A program made the translations under genes and the position numbers. From Gemmatimonadota bacterium (lineage in GTDB: Bacteria > Gemmatimonadota > Gemmatimonadetes > Palauibacterales > KS3-K002): 64,000 nt of DNA. The stretch is taken from NCBI GenBank assembly GCA_039588075.1, contig JBDHAL010000001.1, positions 7,027 through 71,026 of the forward strand, read 5' to 3'. The notes beneath the pieces are model-generated. The model saw only the letters and a list, made by a program, of their open reading frames with translations, did not search any database and was not told where the DNA came from. The first letter of the stretch is position 1. The number at the start of each line of letters is the position of its first letter. Positions 61,101 through 64,000 of the stretch are shown here, in pieces.

Positions 61101-61494
61101 GGCCTCCATCCATCGACCGGTAGACACCGTTGCCCACCGATACGCTGTTGCGCGTGTTCCCTTCACCCGTCCCGATCCAGACGATGTCCGGGCTCGCCTG
61201 ATAGATCGCGATCGCTCCGATCGCCGCTACCGGCTGGTCGTCGAAGATCGGCTCCCACGTCAGCCCGCCATTCTCCGACTTCCACAGGCCGCCCGTCGCG
61301 GCGCCCACGTACACGATGTCCGGATTCGAGTCGACGGCCTTGACCACGGCCACCCGGCCGCTCATTCCGGCAGGCCCAATCGATCGGGCCTGCATGCCGG
61401 CGAGCAGCTCCATGTCGATCTGCCCGTGCAGCGGCGCAGCCAGGCCGGCCGGCAGCACCCAGATCACACCTCCGAAAAACAGACGGCGGAGCAT
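58165..61494 (-). CDS. secreted BNR/Asp-box repeat protein (sortilin/VPS10- or GH74-like), paralog of 9117-12251
   Basis: Start at MLRRLFFGGVIWVLPAGLAA with a GGAGG RBS. BNR motifs run throughout, and the C-terminal domain is homologous to that of the first paralog. Confidence 0.85.
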   Translation of the reverse strand: MLRRLFFGGVIWVLPAGLAAPLHGQIDMELLAGMQARSIGPAGMSGRVAVVKAVDSNPDIVYVGAATGGLWKSENGGLTWEPIFDDQPVAAIGAIAIYQASPDIVWIGTGEGNTRNSVSVGNGVYRSMDGGRTWTHAGLDKTERIHRIYLDPSDPDVAYVAAMGALWGENPERGVYKTEDGGKTWSKILYIDEKTGVADMEMDPTNPNKLIVAMWEYRRWPWFFNSGGPGSGIYLTVDGGRNWKKLTEEDGLPAGELGRTGLAIAPSSPNIVYALVEAKENALYKSEDGGYSWSMASDGDNIGNRPFYYADLRVDPKDANRVYSLWSRISVSTDGGRNFESPGGYFGGPHPDHHAMWINPSDPSHIIDGNDGGVYVSRDYGTTWRFVFNLPLAQFYHISVDMEQPYNVLGGMQDNGSWRGPSSVWENGGIRNHHWEEVGFGDGFAVLADPNEPMAGYSMSQEGFLRRYDLRTGERKDVRPAHPDGVPLRFNWNAAIAIDPFDANTVYYGSQFVHKSNDRGDHWALISGDLTTNNPEWQKQAESGGLTLDVTGAENFTTIMTIAPSALERGVIWAGTDDGRVHVTQDGGASWQSVQANIKGVPENSWVPHIEPSKYDPATAYIVFDNHRRSDWTPYVYVTSNYGKSWKSLATDDLWGYTLVIEQDPVKEDLLFLGTEFGLYVSVNGGAQWVKWTHGFPTVSAMALVVHPRENDLVIGTHGRAAYVLDDISPLRSISAETMAEPIHLFAMPDAQQYRVKQTGASRFPGNGEYRGENRRYGAMLTFSLNADDLEHPNDEIERQRKAARREAGETEEQPARGPAARRGAGGRGGPGGFGGPGARSSGPQVDIEISDSDGEVIRTFQSPVKLGVNRAFWNLRRDGFERPSTGQGGGGFFGGGGGPEVLPGAYTVKIKYGDHEVSGSLNVLADPRFDIPHAVRVAKFDAIMHAGALQEVATGAIERIRQTRTEVDDVLQMARSDEPETTTATNGQGSNGDDNGNEELMTAGRSLNRTLTQLEERFWVPPGTTKGIVADTTVFSKIRYVYGSLNSSWDAPTGAQQTYLAQAEAELQEVVAEINRVFGEDVAAFRGQVEAANLEFLKPKEELQVPSR

Positions 61495-62025
61495 AATCGT
61501 CCTCCAGTTTTGTGGATCAGAAGCTCGGTTCTGTGGGGCGTGACAACATAGGGTACGGCCGCGGCACAGGCCAGCGATGCCGCAAGACACCCTACCTGGG
61601 TGTCCGAGGTCGTAGCCCGCACCGGCACGCGTTCGAGCAGGGCACAACGCAAAGCTTGCGGCGATTTGCAAGCACTTGATCCCGGCGAATCTGCCGCTTC
61701 GTCCGCAGGCTCGAACCTTCTACCTGTCTGCCCGACACCCACTTAAGGCGAAAGTACGAAGCACGCCCCGGCGCTCGGCACGCGGCTTGCCCTTTGGGCA
61801 TGCTACCACCCCGCCGCAAGTTGAGCTCAACACGGCGGTGGTTATGTCGATTAAATCGGCTCGCTCGCAACGACATGCCTGGCTGGCTGGGGTTGTGACG
61901 ACTTGGATCTGACCGGCCCAATCGGCGCGGGCGAGCCGATCAATTTCCGTGACATGAAATTCGGCGAACTCGAAGACGCGTAGCGGTCTGGCGTCGGGAA
62001 CCTGCACTGCCGTCTGTCATTCTGA

Positions 62026-62062
62026 GAGGTGAGGAGCTAAACTCCTCACCTCTTCGCTTTTG
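62026..62062 (+). terminator. perfect 11-bp stem hairpin plus T-tract, 30 nt upstream of the rhodanese start (attenuator/riboswitch expression platform or terminator of an unannotated sRNA)
   Basis: GAGGTGAGGAG, loop ctaaa, CTCCTCACCTC, then ttcgctttt. Confidence 0.4.
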
Positions 62063-62090
62063 CCCCGGTCAGCGAACGAAAGGGCCCGCC

Positions 62091-62999
62091 ATGTCTGACT
62101 TCGCCAAGGCGCTACGCTATGCACTCGTCCTGGTCGCCGGCACAATCTCTCTCGTCTCGTGCACCGCCGACGCCGAATCCCCCATGGTCGTTTCCACCGA
62201 CTGGGTGGCGGAACGACTCGATGACGACAACCTCGTTCTGATCCAGGTCGGAGAGAAAGAACTCTACGACGCCGCCCACCTGCCCGGCGCTCACCACATG
62301 ACACGCGAGATGATCGCCATCACCTCAGACGATGATCTCTCCGTCGAGTTGCCTCCCGTCGCCCATCTCGACTCCGTCTTCGAGTCCATCGGCGTCTCCG
62401 ACGACTCCCGCATCGTCCTCTACTGGGGCGAGGACTGGGTCACCACTACGGCCCGCGTCTTCTTCACGCTCGACTACCTCGGCCTCGGCTCGCGTACCTC
62501 CATCATGGACGGCGGCCTGCCCGCGTGGGTCGACCAGGGACGCATCATTACCGCCGCGCTGCCCGAGGCGCACATGGGCTCGATCACGCCCAACCCGCGC
62601 CAGGATCTCGTCGTTCACGCCGATTGGCTCGCCGATCGCCTCGATGACCCCGCTGTCGTCCTCCTCGACGCCCGAGGCCCCGAGTATTTCACCGGCGAAT
62701 TAGCCCCCGATGGCTACCGCGCCGGCCATATCCCCTCCGCCTTCAGCATGCCCTACGAAGACCTGCTCGATCAGGAGACCCTGACTTTCAAGGACGCCGA
62801 AACGCTCCAGGCTCTCTTCGCTTCCGCCGGCGCCGGGCCTGACTCTCGGCTCGTCTCCTATTGCCACGTCGGACAACGCGCCAGCGTCGTCTATTTCATC
62901 GCCCGCACTTTGGGCTACGACGTCAGCCTCTACGATGGTTCCATCAACGATTGGGGCCACCGCGAGGACCTCCCGATGCAGACCTCTACTGGCATCTGA
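62091..62999 (+). CDS. tandem-domain rhodanese (thiosulfate/3-mercaptopyruvate sulfurtransferase) lipoprotein
   Basis: Two rhodanese domains; the active-site loop is CHVGQRAS. Lipobox LVSC. Confidence 0.85.
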   Translation: MSDFAKALRYALVLVAGTISLVSCTADAESPMVVSTDWVAERLDDDNLVLIQVGEKELYDAAHLPGAHHMTREMIAITSDDDLSVELPPVAHLDSVFESIGVSDDSRIVLYWGEDWVTTTARVFFTLDYLGLGSRTSIMDGGLPAWVDQGRIITAALPEAHMGSITPNPRQDLVVHADWLADRLDDPAVVLLDARGPEYFTGELAPDGYRAGHIPSAFSMPYEDLLDQETLTFKDAETLQALFASAGAGPDSRLVSYCHVGQRASVVYFIARTLGYDVSLYDGSINDWGHREDLPMQTSTGI

Positions 63000-63118
63000 A
63001 TGACGAGGAGTGTCTTCGTCGCCATCGTCGCCGGCCTGACGCTCTGCGGCTTCTTAGCCGCAGAATGGGTCGAAGACCGTCAGAGCGCAGAGCCCTGACC
63101 CGAACACGGAGCCCCTGC

Positions 63119-63481
63119 ATGCTGGACAAGGTGAACCTGGCCGAGAAGTTCTCGCTCTTCAGCGAGCATTGGAGCCCCAAGATCGTCGGGGAGCTGAACG
63201 ACTTCCACGTGAAACTCGCCAGGCTGAAAGGCGAGTTCGTTTGGCACCATCACGAAGACGAGGACGAGTTGTTCCTCGTCGTAAAGGGCAGGCTCCAGAT
63301 GCGGCTTCGCGACCGCGACATCTGGCTCGAAGAGGGAGAGTTCGTGATCATCCCGCGCGGCGTCGAGCACCTGCCGGTGGCTCCTGAGGAAGCGCAGGTA
63401 CTCCTGTTCGAGCCAAAGTCGACTCTCAACACCGGAAACATCCAAAACGAACGGACCGTCGGCGAGCCCGACAGGATCTAG
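63119..63481 (+). CDS. cupin-domain protein
   Basis: Cupin motifs (HHHEDEDELFLVVKG, IPRGVEH). Confidence 0.7.
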   Translation: MLDKVNLAEKFSLFSEHWSPKIVGELNDFHVKLARLKGEFVWHHHEDEDELFLVVKGRLQMRLRDRDIWLEEGEFVIIPRGVEHLPVAPEEAQVLLFEPKSTLNTGNIQNERTVGEPDRI

Positions 63482-64000
63482 GCGGTTTCACGGCCCGTCA
63501 CCTCCGTGTGCGCCGCCCCCGGCACGGGCGTCCGGCGCCGCAAGCCGACCGCGAGCGTACCCAGGACCACGAACAGAGAGCCGATCCAGCTCCACAGATT
63601 CAAGAATTCGCCGAAGAACAACATGCCCCACAACGCTACTAACAGGATCTGCGAGTAGCCCACGGCCATCGCACGCCCGGCGCGCTCGAGGCTCAAGCCC
63701 TTGGTGAGGTAGACCTGTGCGATCTGCGTGCTGACGCCAACGCCGATCAACAGAAGCCACTGCCCGCCCTGCGGCCAGGTGAAGCCGGAGATGAAGGGCA
63801 GAGTGGCCGGAACCGTGACCAGCGGAAAGTAGAAAACGATGACCAGCGGGTGTTCGGTCTTGCTCGCCTCCCGCACCGCCACGTAGGCGAGCGCGCTCAC
63901 CATAGCGCCGGCAAGAGCGACGCCGACGCCGACGGGATCGATCTGCGACGCAGCGTTTCCGAACAGGAAGCCCGGCCGCACCACGAGGACGACGCCCAGG
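63478..64000 (-). CDS. EamA/DMT-family transporter, partial (N-terminus beyond the window end)
   Basis: Hydrophobic EamA-type helices. The ORF is open to the end of the window. Confidence 0.65.
   Translation of the reverse strand, partial: LGVVLVVRPGFLFGNAASQIDPVGVGVALAGAMVSALAYVAVREASKTEHPLVIVFYFPLVTVPATLPFISGFTWPQGGQWLLLIGVGVSTQIAQVYLTKGLSLERAGRAMAVGYSQILLVALWGMLFFGEFLNLWSWIGSLFVVLGTLAVGLRRRTPVPGAAHTEVTGRETA

Noticed and set aside
61560-61800. tRNA, tmRNA or RNase P RNA in the 600-bp intergenic region
   Set aside because: The only TTCGA sequence lacks a flanking 5-bp T-stem and acceptor pairing, and there are no RNase P P4 or tmRNA tag motifs. It is left as an unexplained leader or sRNA candidate in the findings instead.

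Overview
This is a 64-kb, high-GC (about 67%) bacterial chromosomal segment, probably from a Gemmatimonadota/Acidobacteriota-like organism; that placement is inferred only from the gene content. The window is densely coding, with about 55 genes; the feature list covers every one I could support, and the remaining long ORFs in the six-frame track are antisense or alternative-frame artifacts (see noticed_but_rejected).

Recognisable housekeeping and envelope genes:
- dapA (partial), pilT, a D-2-hydroxyacid dehydrogenase, mgtC, trpS and suhB.
- A DegP/HtrA protease.
- An AcrA/AcrB-type RND efflux pair; the permease carries an apparent frameshift near 19.4 kb.
- A MacA-like membrane fusion protein followed by two FtsX/MacB-type permeases.
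- Three Hanks-type Ser/Thr kinases that carry multi-pass membrane domains, two of them in tandem.
- A TLC-type transporter fused to HEAT repeats.
- A luxE-luxC fatty-acyl reductase pair with no luciferase.
- An NlpC/P60 peptidase and a class V aminotransferase.
- Two very large paralogous BNR/sortilin-like secreted proteins.
- A TonB-dependent receptor, a PQQ-dependent sugar dehydrogenase, an arsM-marR pair and a tandem-domain rhodanese.

Four things stand out.

1. A SelW/Rdx-like selenoprotein gene with an in-frame UGA (35878-36099). It is invisible in the six-frame ORF track.

2. A stand-alone error-prone polymerase gene, dnaE2 (37290-41096). It carries three in-frame insertions of a modular GC-rich hairpin repeat family. 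The same family also litters its flanks and supplies the C-terminal tail of LuxC. This resembles the Rickettsia palindromic elements, which insert in-frame into genes.

3. Several distinct non-autonomous repeat families:
- a roughly 180-bp MITE with 32-bp terminal inverted repeats (three copies);
- an (AACGAC)n/GAGAAGCGAG palindrome (four copies), sitting at the 3' ends of both BNR paralogs and between gene pairs;
- GGT[AG]ACCGGT palindromes;
- a roughly 215-bp CGAACATCGAAC-rich palindromic element.

4. Smaller oddities: a roughly 70-residue poly-Glu tail encoded by a (GAG/GAA)n microsatellite, and a G7-C-G9 homopolymer tract in the arsM/marR control region.

No rRNA, tRNA or CRISPR array was found.
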